Positions 11,560 through 24,889 of a stretch of DNA of 64,000 nucleotides are shown here, piece after piece. The stretch is taken from the NCBI RefSeq assembly GCF_009914755.1, contig NC_060947.1. One strand, written 5' to 3'. The first letter of the stretch is position 1, and every line of letters starts with the position of its first letter. The notes under the pieces were generated by a model that had not been told where the DNA came from, made no database searches, and saw only the letters and a list, made by a program, of their open reading frames with translations. Source of the stretch: the human T2T-CHM13v2.0 reference genome, Homo sapiens. A program made the translations under genes and the position numbers.

Positions 11560-13056
11560 CACATAGTCCCATATTTCTTGGAGGCTTTGTTCGTTTCTTT
11601 TTATTCTTTTTTCTCTAAACTTCTCTTCTCGCTTCATTTCATTAATTTGATCTTCAATCACTGATACCCTTTCTTCCACTTGATCGAATCAGCTACTGAA
11701 GCTTGTGCATGCGTCACATAGTTTTCGTGCCATGGTTTTCAGCTCCATCAGGTCATTTAAGGTCTTCTCTATGCTATTATTCTAGTTAGCCATTCATCCA
11801 ATCTTTTTTCAAGGTTTTTAGCTTCTTTGCGATGGGTTCGAACATCCTCCTTTAGCTTGGAGAAGTTTGTTATTACTGATCTTCTGAAGCCTACTTCTGT
11901 CAACTCGTCAAAGTCATTCTCCATCCAGCTTTGTTCCGTTGCTGGTGAGGAGCTGCGATCCTTTGGAGGAGAAGAGGCACTCTGATTTTTAGAATTTTCA
12001 GCTTTTCTGCTCTGGTTTCTCCCCATCTTTGTGGTTTTATCTACCTTTGGTCTTTGATTATGGTGACCTACAGATGGGGTTTTGGTGTGGATGTCCTTTT
12101 TGTTGATGTTGATGCTATTCCTTTCTGTTTGTTAGTTTTCTTTCTAACAGTCATGACCCTCAGCTGCAGTCTGCTGGAGTTTGCTCCAGACCCTGTTTGC
12201 CTGGGTATCACCAGTGGAGGCTGCAGAACAGCAAATATTGCAGAACAGCAAATACTGCTGCCTGATCCTTCCTCTGGAAGCTTCGTCTCAGGGGGGCACC
12301 TGGCTGTATGAGATGTCAGTCAGCCCCTACTGGGAGGTGTCTCCCAGTTGGGCTACTCGAGGGTCAGGGACCCACTTGAGGAGGCAGTCCGTCTGTTCTC
12401 AGATCTCAAACTTTGTGCAGGGAGAACCACTACTCTCTTCAAATCTGTCAGACAGGGAGGTTTAAGTCTGTAGAAGTTTCTGCTGCCTTTTGTTCAGTTA
12501 TGCCCTGCTCCCAGAGGTGGAGTCTACAGAGGCAGGCAGGCCTCCTTGAGCTGTGGTGGGTTCCACCCAGTTCGAGCTTCCCAGCCACTTTGTTTACCTA
12601 CTCAAGCCTCAGCAATGGCAGATGCCCCTCCCCCAGCCTCACTGCTGCCTCACAGTTCGATCTCAGACTGCTGTGCTAGCAGTGAGTGAGGCTCCGTGGG
12701 TGTGGGACCCTCTGAGCCAGGTGTGGGATATAATCTCCTGATGTGCTGTTTGCTAAGACCGTTGGAAAAGTGCAGTATTAGGGTGGGAGTGTCCCGATTT
12801 TCCGGGTACCATCTGTCCCAGCTTCCCTTGGCTAGGAAAGGGAATTCCCCGACCCCTTGCGCTTACTGGGTGAGGCAATGCCCCACCCTACTTTGGCTCA
12901 CACTCCGTGGGCTGCACCCACTTTCCAACAAGTCCCAGTGAGATGAACCTGGTACCTCAGTTGGAAATGCAGAAATCACCCGTCTTCTGCGTCACTCAGG
13001 CTGGGAGCTGTGGACTGGAGCTGCTCTTATTCGGCCATCTTGGGATCGCCCCCCCA
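11560..13056 (-). mobile_element. L1PA (about PA5-PA7) 5'UTR plus start of ORF1; 3' part absent
   Basis: ORF1 peptides MGRNQSRKAENSKNQSASSPPK... (starting 12026) and ...KRNEQSLQEIWDYV. 5' end with YY1 motif AAGATGGCCGAATA (reverse of TATTCGGCCATCTT). Confidence 0.95.
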
Positions 13057-13059
13057 AGA

Positions 13060-13600
13060 AAATCTCTTTTTTTCTAATAAATGCTTTTAATGCTATAAAT
13101 TTACCTCTAAGAACTGCTTTCACTGCATCCCACAGATTTTGATACGTTTTCATTTAGTTCAAAATATTTAAAAATTTCTCTGAGACTTTGACCCATGTGT
13201 TATTTATAAGTATGTTGTTTAATCTAAAAAATATTTGGCAGTTTTGTAGCTAGCTTTCTTTTTTTTGATTTCCAGTTTAATTCCACTGTGGTATATGAAC
13301 ATACTTATATGATTTCTACTCTTTTAAAATTCTAAGGTGAGTTTTATAGCCCAGAATGTGGTCTATCTTGGTAAATTTACCATGTGAACTTGAGAAGAAT
13401 GTGCATTTTGTGGTTGTTGGATAGAGTATTTTATAACTATCGGTTGTATCAAGTTGATTGAGAGTGCTGTTCAGGTCATCTATACTCCTGCTGATTTTCT
13501 ACCTGTTGGATTTATCAATTACTGACAGACAGGTATTGATGCCTCCAACTATTGTTATGGTTTTGTCTACTTATCTTTTCAGCTCGATCAGTTTTGGCCC
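13060..13600 (-). mobile_element. Old L1M ORF2 endonuclease-region fragment
   Basis: Reverse strand reads ...TTCTTCTCAAGTTCACATGG...ACCAAGATAGACCACATTCTGGG (the SKIDH-like endonuclease motif region). Confidence 0.75.
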
Positions 13601-13683
13601 TATAAAATAACTGCTCTTATTTGCAGATGGCATGATTGTTTATGTTGACAATCTCAGAGAATCAATTTAAAAAGCCACAACTC

Positions 13684-13989
13684 GGCCGGGCGCGGTGGCT
13701 CACGCCTGTAATCCCAGCACTTTGGGAGGCCGAGGCAGGTGGATCACGAGGTAAGGAGATGGAGACCATCCTGGCTAACACAGTGAAACTTCGTCTCTAC
13801 TAAAATTACAAAAAATTAGCCGGGCGAGGAGGCAGGCGCCTTTAGTCCCAGCTATTCCGGAGGCTGAGGCAGGAGAATGGCGTGAACCCCGGGGGGCGGA
13901 GCCTGCAGTGACCCGAGATGGCGCCACTGCACTCCAGCCTGGGCAACAGCGAGACTCCGTCTCAAAAAAAAAAAAAAAAAAAAAAAAAA
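13684..13989 (+). mobile_element. AluY (AluYe-like), full length
   Basis: GAACCCCGGGGGGCGGAGCCTGCAGTG diagnostic block, long A-tail, TSD AAAAAGCCACAACTC. Confidence 0.9.
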
Positions 13990-14001
13990 GCCACAACTCT
14001 T

Positions 14002-14244
14002 GGATCACGAGGTCAGCAGATCGAGACCATCCTGGCTAACGCGGTGAAACCCCGTCTCTACTAAAAATACAAGAAAAATTAGCCGGGCGTGGTGGCGGGC
14101 GCCTGTAGTCCCAGCTACTCAGGAGGCTGAGGCAGGATAATGGCGTGAACCCGGGAGGGGGAGCTTGCAGTGAGCCGAGACTGCGCCGCTGCACTCCAGC
14201 CTGGGCGACAGAGCGAGACTCCGTCTCAAAAAAAAAAAAAAAAA
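14002..14244 (+). mobile_element. AluY, 5'-truncated
   Basis: Starts GGATCACGAGGTCAG; AluY diagnostics ACCATCCTGGCTAAC and GGCGTGAACCCGGG; TSD AAAAGCCACAACTCTT. Confidence 0.9.
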
Positions 14245-14814
14245 GCCACAACTCTTACAATTGGGAGGTGAATTCAACACTGTCTTAGGATACAAGATCA
14301 AAATACAAAAATAAATTGATTTTAATATACTAGCAATGAACATGTGGCAACTGAAAATAAAAAATACAATACCATTTTAAATTGCTCAAAAAATGAAATA
14401 TTTGGATGCCCTCAAAGGAGCTTGCAGTGTGCTTATATAGCGTTCTGTGCTGTGGCCCAGCATGAAAACATGAGCCTGACTCATCAGTTCCTCTAAGGAA
14501 CTTGAGCTGGAAAACGTCTGAAGGATGAGGTAGCAAGCAGTGAGAGCAGAAGTTGAAAGTCCCTGAGGTCAAGAGAGGTCAGAGGAGCCATGAGATGTAA
14601 TGTACCTATGGCAAGTTCTGAGGAGGCTGAAGCTATCAGGAAGCATGAACCATGAGAGTCCAAAAGCCATGAAGTAGATGAGAAGTGGAGAGTAGAGGGT
14701 GAAGAAGTCAGTTTGTCACAAAATCTACGGGCAACGGATGCAGAGCAGCTGGCCCACATTGGTGGTCCCAGCGAAGATCCATAGAGTCTTTGGTTCTCAT
14801 TTATGTGCATTGCA

Positions 14815-15350
14815 GTAGTCATAACAATTTAGATAAATAATGGAAATCCAATTCAAACTAACTTAAGCACAAAAAAAATTTATCAGCTCATTAAACTGAG
14901 AAGTCCATTGGTTGAGTTGACTTTAGGGGCTCAATATTGCCAGAGCTTTGCTTCTCCTTTCTTTTGTTGGGTCTATTTTCTTGTCACATTTCTACTTTAT
15001 TCTGTAAATAATTTATTTCTTTTGTAGACATCTAGTAACAACTTAAAGTTGATTAACAATTATTAAAGTTAATTGTTAATTAACTTTAAGTCAATGTTAT
15101 TGATTGTGGTGCTATCAGAGAGAGATCTCCAAGGATGCACTTCTCTAGAAAGACTCTCATTGGCCCAGCTTCAGTCATGTGTTCACCCCTAGACCAATTA
15201 CTCTGGCTGGGGGAATGGATTATCCCTATTAGCCAGTCTGGGATATGACTGACCACTCCCCTCAGGGCCACATAGATTGAGAGGACTAATTCCTTAATGG
15301 AGAAACAAGGTGTTGTCAGAAGAAGGAGGAAGGGATATAAGCTGGCCAAA
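14815..15350 (-). mobile_element. Old MLT1 (J/K-like) LTR
   Basis: CCAATTCAAACTAACTTAAGC...CTCTCATTGGCCCAGCTTCAGTCATGTGTTCACCCCTAGACCAAT. Confidence 0.6.
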
Positions 15351-16218
15351 CCCCACATGTCTAATTCATCTAGTCTCTCCTCCCCTTACTTGGGGAAGCT
15401 GAAAAGAATCTCTTCCTGGAAACCAGAAGACCTTCCCTAGAGTAAGTGCTCCTTGTCATTTCTGTCAGGTTTTGGCTCTCTAAGTGTTTTGGAAGTTCTG
15501 TGTGACATGTTAAGGGGAAATGACAAAGAGATTTGAGTCTGTACCAACTTGAACTTAAAAGAGGCAGGTACATTCCTGGAGTTCAGGAAATTCGTGAAGT
15601 TTGTCAATTGATTCTGAACATAGAAGGGGGGGTGGTATTAGTTTTTAACTCCTTACACCCCAACAGTCGCCCCCTACCACCAACTCAACCCCATTCTGCT
15701 GCCTGTTTCTGCCATTGCCCACTCTCAGGTTTGAAACATGCTGCCATCTCCCATCCAGAACCTAAGCTCCTCTTGAAAAGGTCACTGATTTTTCAATTCT
15801 CTATCTTACTTGACAGTGCTCTGGAACCTCCTCCTGGGCAACTCCTCTGGGGCTGGGGCTTCCACTCAGCCTACTAGGTTTGGGGCTGAGGGCATAGAGC
15901 TCCTGAAACCTCTCACCCAGGGATCTGGTTCAGATTCTATGGGCATAAAGGGATATGGTAGGCTTCCTGGCAGAGCTGAGCACTGTCAGCATTGTGCTTG
16001 GGGTGGCAGGACAATGTGCTGGGGCATGGAATTGGCCCCAGCAAGTGCAACTTGCTAGCAACAAGTGAGAAGGAGAGGGGCACAAGCAGGCAAAGGGATG
16101 AAGAGCTGGCAGGAGAGTCACCGGAGCCTCGAGAGACCCAGAGTGTCACTGTGAGCTTGCTTGGTTTTCTGAGTCTCCATCTCTCTAAGTCCTTTAGCCA
16201 TAACACCATTTGGGGTGC

Positions 16219-16598
16219 CGATATAGTTTGGATTTGTGTCTTTGCTCAAATCTCATGTTGAATTGTAATCCCCAGTGTTGGAGGAGGAGCCTGGTGGGAG
16301 ATTATTGGATCATGGAGGTGAATTTCCCCCTTGCTGTTCCTGTGATAGTGAGTTCTCATGAGATCTGCTTGTTTAAAAGTGTGTAGTACCTCCCTCTTCT
16401 GTCTCTTCCTCCTGTTCCAGCCATGGAGAACATGCCTGATTCCCCTTCACCTTCTGCCATGATTTTAAGTTTCTTGAGGCCTCCCCAGCCATGCTTCCTG
16501 TACAGCCTGCGGAACCATAAGCCAATTAAACCTCTTTTCTTTATAAATTACCCAGTCCCAGGTAGTTCTTGATAGCAATGCAAGAATGGACTAATACA
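16219..16598 (+). mobile_element. MSTA-type solo LTR
   Basis: GATATAGTTTGGATTTGTGTC...AAATCTCATGTTGAATTGTAATCCCCAGTGTTGGAGG...GGACTAATACA; 5-bp TSD-like GGTGC/GTTGC. Confidence 0.9.
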
Positions 16599-16858
16599 GT
16601 TGCCTTACCTCCTTTTTGTAATGATGCAAGATACAAATGAATAAACAATCAATATAGGTTGAAAATTTACACTCACTATACTCAGATAGGTGAAAATGTT
16701 CTGCCTTCCTAACTTCCCATAATTCCATCTTGTTTTGAAGCTTCCATTCCCATTGATATAGGAGAGAAAAACATGAACTTGTTAATCAAAGGAAACCAAC
16801 CCTTTTTCAGTATAAGCTGTTTTCTTTCAGGTACTTTAGTTTAGCTAAGTCCTCAGTC

Positions 16859-17163
<305 letters not shown>

Positions 17164-17544
17164 AATGCTCAGTCCTTTAGGCTTTCTTTCCCAAACTCTT
17201 CTGTCATCCAAAATGGCATCTGGGCATGGGGAGATGCTCTTATATTCTCAGAGAGAAGGGGCCCCAGATTCACATGCAGTCCCTGTGTTACCCTCAGGTC
17301 CTTGCTGGTCACTGTAGCCATGTCCTTTGTCCTACCTGGTCACTGCGTGGCCTGTGGAATCTGCCGCTGAAATATGCTCTAGTGAAACCTGGGGGGGTGG
17401 ATCACCAGGCCCTGATCAGGCAACTGCCACCCCACTCAGCCCCAACTCGGGTCTTACTGGTGCTAAAGATCTTCCCCAAGCACCAATGCATGGGCAGTCC
17501 TAGAGCAACATGATTTCAGGATGGATAATACAACCATTCAAAAC

Positions 17545-17697
17545 CATGTATCACTGAATTTAAGAAGCACCATTATTTTAGATACCCCTAAGAAAGTAAA
17601 AATGTTACCAACTAAACAGTGAAACATCATTAATTGTGAGATGCATTCTAGTTTCACAGATGAAAAAAATACGCATCTCAGAATTGTTAAAATATGG
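17545..17697 (-). mobile_element. MER104-like Tc2 DNA transposon relic
   Basis: Reverse strand CCATATTTTAACAATTCTGAGATGCGTATTTTTT...GAAACTAGAATGCATCTCACAAT resembles the MER104 start. Confidence 0.5.
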
Positions 17698-17704
17698 CAT
17701 TTTA

Positions 17705-17940
17705 CTAGTGGTTAAGAGCTCAGATACTAGAGCCAGGCTGCTTGAGTTTACGTCCCTGCTTTGCTATGTACAAGCTGTGAGGCTGTGACTCAGTCATTTG
17801 CCATCACTGTGCCCTAGTGTCCAAACTGCATAGTGGGGCTTGACCTACTTCCTAGAGTTGTTGTGGGGACTGAGTATATGTGCAAAACATTTCAAAACAG
17901 TGTCTGGCACATAGAAACTGCTATATGTGTTTGCTATTTT
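17705..17940 (+). mobile_element. MIR
   Basis: AGTGGTTAAGAGC...CTAGAGCCAGGCTGC...AAAACAGTGTCTGGCACATAG. Confidence 0.75.
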
Positions 17941-19180
17941 TAGTTTTTAGAAATATATTGTCCATTAATACACAAATAAAAGGCCTTTGCCACCAACCCA
18001 ACCAACTTGTTGCCACTCCTCTCACCAGGTAAGCAAAGCTCTTGCCAGCCTTCCACAAACTTCCTGGCAGCCCTTGCCGAGAATAGATTCCTTGCTACTG
18101 CATTGCAAATTTGGGGCTATTAGGCAGCAGGGGGACTATAGCCAGTTATTCCAGTCAGATCTCTCATCAGGGTCATCCTCAGACACTTTAGGAAAGACAA
18201 GCCCCTTCCCCAACCCAAATCCCCATCCCTTTACTGCTATAAGCAGTCTCACTCCGATTCCTCTCAACTACTCCCACCCTCAAGCTCTTCTCAAAGGCTT
18301 TTTAGAACTCCACTGCAAACAAATGTTAGTACCTTCTCGATCTCTTCCCAGAATACTTTCTTCATCGTCTTGCAGCTTTAACTGGAAATGTCTCCCTCCT
18401 CTAGGGTGCAACCTTCTCCACTACATCCCATCTTGAGGAGGGACAGCTGTGAATTTTCCTGGCATGCTGCTGGATCTAGAATCAAGCATGTTTCTTCTAC
18501 TATCAAAGCTGACCTTCTATGAACCTCCAACTATCAAAGTGTTCAGCTTTGATATTTTCTTAAAAATAAATGGATTTTAAATTGTGAAATTAGTACACAA
18601 AGATATCCTGCTTATAAAATTTTCATCCTTTACAGATAAAGCCACCCCCTCCAACTTGGCCCTATCCCTAGCTGCTTTTGGAGGAGTCCCAGTTATCCAG
18701 TTGGTACACCTCTCTCCTGACCTTTTCTTCTGCAATAACCTATGTGCACACACACAAATGGCATCTTAGTATAAACATCATTCAACAACCTTCCTTATTC
18801 ACCTGTCGGTCCTGGAAATCTTTCCATCTGGATACATATAATTCTACTTCTTCTTTTAAATTGTTGCTCATTTTGGAAATACTACAAGGTTTGTTTAACT
18901 ATTTCTCCAACATGAACATTTACATTATTTTCATTTTTCCCTATTATAAACAATGCAGGATAAATAGCTTTCCATGTGTTGGCTGGCACACAAGGGAGAA
19001 TTTTTTTTTATTCTTAATTTTTAAGAAGAATAATGACTTTGTTTTTATAAAGCAGATAATGCATACTATAAAAATTGAAGCAATTTAAGAATTACAATGA
19101 AGAAACAAATAAATCACCAAGGATTTTGTCACCCAGAAAAGAAACAAATACAGTCAACATCTGGTGAACAACAACCCAGC

Positions 19181-19531
19181 TGCTATGGTTTGAATGTTTG
19201 TGTCCCCTCCAAAATTTATGTTGAAACTCAATCCTCAGTGCAGCAGTATTGGGAAGTGGGGCCTTTGGGAGGTGATTGAGTCAATGAGGGCTGTCATGAA
19301 TGGGGTTAAGTGCCTCTATGAAAGAACTTAGACAAAGGGAGTTCATCCCTTTTTGCCCATCTGCCCTCTACCACATGAGGCCATAGCAAGAAGGCCCTCA
19401 CCAGACACCAAATGCCAGCACCTTGATGTTGGGCTTCCCAGCTTCCAGAACTGTGGTAAATAAATTTATGGTTTTTATAAATTACTCAGTCTCAGATATT
19501 CTGCTGTAGCAGCACAAAACAGACTAAGACA
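19181..19531 (+). mobile_element. MST-type (MSTC/D-like) solo LTR
   Basis: TGCTATGGTTTGAATGTTTGTGTCCCCTCCAAAATT ... AACAGACTAAGACA; TSD-like CCAGC/CCAAC. Confidence 0.85.
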
Positions 19532-19782
19532 CCAACCATCTCTTTATATACATGTAAAGGTAGAAAGCATCAAGCTATCAATGAATAATTTTATAACAAG
19601 GGGATCATGTCAGTCATGCTAATTTTTTAACAAAAAGTGTCAGATTTGGCTTTACTTGAATTTAAGATATACAAAAAGGAACTAGTTAGAAAATAAAGAA
19701 ACTACTGAACTTGATGTAAATGTTTCTTCCCCATAAGGTCTACTAGTTTTGTAAGGCCCTGGGGTTAAAAAAAATCATAAAT

Positions 19783-20070
19783 CCTGTAATCCCAGCACTT
19801 TGGGAGGCCGAGACGGGCGGATCATCTGGGATCGGGAGTTCCAGACCAGCTCGACCAACATGGAGAAACCCCATCTCTACTAAAAATACAAAAAATAGCT
19901 GGGCGTGGTGGTGCATGCCTGTAATCCCAGCTACTCAGGAAGCTGAGGCAGGAGCATCACTTGAACCTGGGAGGCTGAGGTTGCGGTGAGCCGAGATAGT
20001 GCCATTGCACTCCAGCCTGGGCGACAGAGCGAGACTCCGTCTCAAAACAAACAAACGAACAAACAAACAA
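19783..20070 (+). mobile_element. AluSp-like, slightly 5'-truncated, (CAAA)n tail
   Basis: GACCAACATGGAGAAACCCC diagnostic. Confidence 0.9.
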
Positions 20071-20953
20071 CATTAAAAAATTATGCAATTGGAGAAATTA
20101 TTTTCTTTTTCTCTTCCCCCCCTTTTTACCTCCCCTCCCCCACCTTTCCCTTTCCTTTCCTTTTTCTTGGAAAATCTATGTAGACACTGTCAATGGACTA
20201 CCCACAATGGAAGAAGACGTTTATTTTCTTGTTCTCCCACATCCCAATTTTCATTGGTTATATTCGCCTTACTTTGGCAATGGTTATAATGCATTATATT
20301 TTGCAATGATGTGATTTCCCCAGCGAGTCATTTAGTGAAGGTTCTATAGTTAGTCTTAGTGTTGTTATATTTTAATGGATTCAAGACTCACAGCTATTTC
20401 TGAGTTCTGGTATATCCCTTGGTTGGCAGGATTTTTCTTATTGGGTAGTACTTTTTTTTTTAGAAGAAGCAATGAATGGTTAATCCCCTGAGTATTTCCT
20501 GTTTGTGAATAGCAATTATCCTTGAATAATAAATTGGCTAGGTGTGCGTAATATTTTGGGGTCATACTTTCCCTCAGAACTTTGTGGACACTAGTCCACT
20601 GTCTTCTGGCACTGATAGTTTCTATGGAAAAATACAAGAAAAGTCCGGTTTTTATTCCTTTGACAATTTGCTGTTTCTGTTTGAATATCTGAAGAACTCT
20701 TGTTTATACTTCAAGTTAAATAATTTAACCAGGACACATCTCCAGTTAATGATTCTATATTCATTTTTTATCATGATATGTGGTATGCTTTTACAATTTG
20801 CTGATTTAATTCTTGCTTTATTTTGAGAAAATTTATTCACAATATGCTTCTGAATTTTTTTTGTTGTTGAGTTCTCTTTGAGCTTTTGTTTTATTAAATC
20901 CATTCATCCACTCAGTCAACAAATATTTATTAAGGGACTACCAAGTGCCAGGC

Positions 20954-21488
20954 TGCCTTAGTCCATTTGCATTCGTATAAAGGGATACCTGAGGCTGGGT
21001 AATTGATAAAGAAGAGAGGTTTATTTGGCTCACAGTTCTGTGGGCTGTACAAGAAGCATGGCACCAGCATCTGCTTCTCATAAGGGCTTCAGGAAGTTTC
21101 CACTCATGGTGGGATGGGAAAGGGAACAAGCATCACAAAGTGAGAGGAAGGAAGCTGCACATGTGTGGGCAAAAGAAAGAAAGAGAGACAGGAAGAAGAA
21201 GAAGGAGGAGGAGGAAGAAGAAGAAGGAGAAGAAGAAGAAGAAAAAGAGGAAAAGGAGGAAGAGGAAGAGGAAGAGGAGGAGATGGAGGAAGGTACGAGA
21301 CTCTTTTTAACAACCAGATCTTGTGGGAACTAAGAGTGAGAACACATTCATTATCACGAGGATGGCACCAAACTGGGCATGAGGGATTCACCTCCATGAT
21401 CCAAACACCTCCCACTAGGCCCCACTTCCAACACTGGGGATCACATTTTAACATGAGATGTGGAGAGGACAAATATCCAATCATAGCA
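20954..21488 (-). mobile_element. MSTB-type solo LTR with internal GA-rich expansion (21170-21292)
   Basis: TGCCTTAGTCCATTTGC...TTTATTTGGCTCACAGTTCTG...ACAAATATCCAATCATAGCA; TSD-like CAGGC/CAAGC. Confidence 0.85.
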
Positions 21489-23715
21489 CAAGCATTGTAC
21501 CAGACAAAAACCCCTGCCTTCCTGCAGCTGACACTCTAGTGGGATGAAGGAAACAAGCAATAAACAAAACAAACATGTACAGTAGATAGTGTATTGGATG
21601 GTGATAAGTGCTACACAAAGCAGGGAATATACAGAGCTAGAATTCTCAGTAGGTGGTCAGGGAAGAGATTGTGCAGAAGGTGACATTTAGGAAAGACTCC
21701 AGCTCAGATCTGTCCCCTGAATTCCAGACACCATATCCAGCGGCCTACTTGATTATCTCCAATTGGATGTTTAACAAGAACCTCAAACTTAACTGATATA
21801 CAGTGCAACTCCCATCTTCCCCAATATGTTCCACTTGCCATTGTTTTCATTTCAGTTAATGGCAACTCCATGTTCTTCCAGTTGTTTGGGCCAAGAAAGT
21901 TGAAGTCATTGATGACTCCTCTCTCTATCTTATACTCCACATCCAATCCATCAGCAACTTTGGTTTGTCTGGTGTCTGTTGTGACTTCTCTGTACCTCTA
22001 CTGTCAACTACCCTGGTCCAAGCCATTATCACCTCTCATTACTGCCATGGCCTCCTGATTGGTCTTGCTTCTAAGCATCCTTTTTCTTGAGCTTCCTGGA
22101 GATTTAGAGACAGGAAACCATGGGAATTGGTCAAAGAAAGCACCACTTCATTTATAAGATTCTGGTAAACTAGTCTGGCATGTGCAAACTTAGGACCTTG
22201 TTCTTCTCTGCTAAGTCTAAATCCACATCTTAAGAGCATCTCCCAATTGAACAGGATTACAGAGGGATAGGAATTTCTTTGCCCTATATGATGCGGTATG
22301 CTTGTTAACTAGTTAAGAGGAGGGGCTATGCAGTTAGATGGACCTGTGTTGAGTCCTGGCTCTGCCACTTAGCTGCTGTGTGACCTGGGACAGTTATATA
22401 ACTTCATTGGTTTTCACCTTAATCAGGGATAAAATGAGGACATAAATGCATGTAGAGTAATTAGCAAAGTTCCTGGCACAGAGTGAATACCTAACCAATG
22501 AGTATGTTCATTCATCTGTTCATTTGACACACGCGTATTGCGCATCTGCTCTGTGCTGAGCACTGTGCTTGGCACCAGAGATCCAGTGTTGATCAGAACT
22601 GATGTTATCCTCACTGGGACAGATTGTAAAACTCCAGCAGGGAAAAGAGGTGATTGATGAAGAATTACCCATGGGACAAGTGCTGTGAAAGGGAAGACCA
22701 GGAAACATTTGTCCTTGGGACCTAAGTTAGTCTTGGAGTCAGGGTCAAGGAGAGACCTCTCAGGCAATGACATTTAATCTGAGAGGAGAAAGAGAAATAC
22801 GAATTAGCCAGTTAACAGGGATGGGTGTGGGGTGAGGATTCTAGGAAGTGAGAACAGCATGTGCAAAGGCCTGGAGGCAAAGGAGAGCATGGAGTGTCCT
22901 GGGGCTAAAAGGAGTCCAGCATGGTTGATCTGGAGAAGGTACTACCACTCTCACTCCAGAGAGGGGAGAGAGTGGTGGATGAAGAGGACCTTACATAGAA
23001 TTTAGCTAAGGGGAGTCCCTGAAGGGTTTTACGCAGGGGAGTGGCAGGATCAGATTTGCATTAGTTAACATTATATTTGTATTATTACTTCATGGTCACA
23101 CAGCATACTTGGAGTTTTCTAGCTTACTTTCCGAAACCCAAATATTTCCTAGCTTCACTAGGCAGATAGGATGGAACCACATTCCCACTTATGCTGAGAT
23201 TTCCATGACAGTTTATGCCCCACGCCTTTGCAGAAACGTAGCCCCTTCAACCATTCTCTAGCAATTTCTTGGAATCATGGAGGAGGCTTCATATATCCTG
23301 ATATCACTGTCTCCTGGGGAGCAACTAACATAAGCAACCAACTTCCTTTCCACGTATGTGAGCCTCAGCAGCTTGTGTGTACAAATGAAGAAGTCTCACT
23401 GTTATCAACGATACAGGCTCCAGTCCCCAGCTGCCCCTGTTCTAAATGTCCCCCACCCACAATATTTCTGGAAGACCCCCAAGGGAATATCCCTCACATG
23501 TGCCACAAACCAGCCCCACCCAGTGGCATCTGATTTATGCTTTCTCTTTGTGGCTCTGGTTCCCATATGGGGCCATCTACTGCCCACAGGGCCCCTGGGA
23601 AGGCCTTGATGCCACTGTTCCTAGTGATGCCCATCATGAAAATGCCACCGCCCATGCAAAAAGTGCCTTTTTCCTGGTGCTCCCAAAGCCACTAATCCTT
23701 GGAGTGCCAGAATGA

Positions 23716-24339
<624 letters not shown>

Positions 24340-24639
24340 AGATGTCATTCTTTACAGTACTAGATTCTGTGGTCTTGTTCATTCTGCTCCCAGTATCCAT
24401 ATTTAGACAATGAAAGCTGGACCCCCTCACTCAATAGATACTAAGCCTACCACTTGGGCTTAATGGTGTGGTAGAAATAGCATGGGCTGTGGAGTCAGAA
24501 AGAGGAGTCTAAATCCAAGCTGTGATTTTTTTTTTAAATATATGTATTAGAGAAAATTGGATAACATCTCTGAATTTCAAGTTCCTGATTTGCAAGATAG
24601 CCACACCCACCTGTCAGAACTGCCAGGAAGCTTTCATGA

Positions 24640-24803
24640 GGTATCCTACAACCTTGTTGAAATTGTTCACTAATTCTGATAGTTTTATAGTGGACTCCTT
24701 AGGATTTTCTTTATACATTATTATGTAATCTGCCAATGGAGATAGTTTCACTTCTTACTTTCAAATCTGGATCCCTTTCTTTCCTTCTTTCTTTCTTTGT
24801 TTC

Positions 24804-24889
<86 letters not shown>

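Larger units (their letters stand above)
13605..14400 (+). mobile_element. Old L1M ORF2 RT-region fragment interrupted by two Alus
   Basis: TTATTTGCAGATGGCATGATTGTTTAT (LFADDMIVY-like); continues after the Alus as GGATACAAGATCAAAATACAAAAA. Confidence 0.75.
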
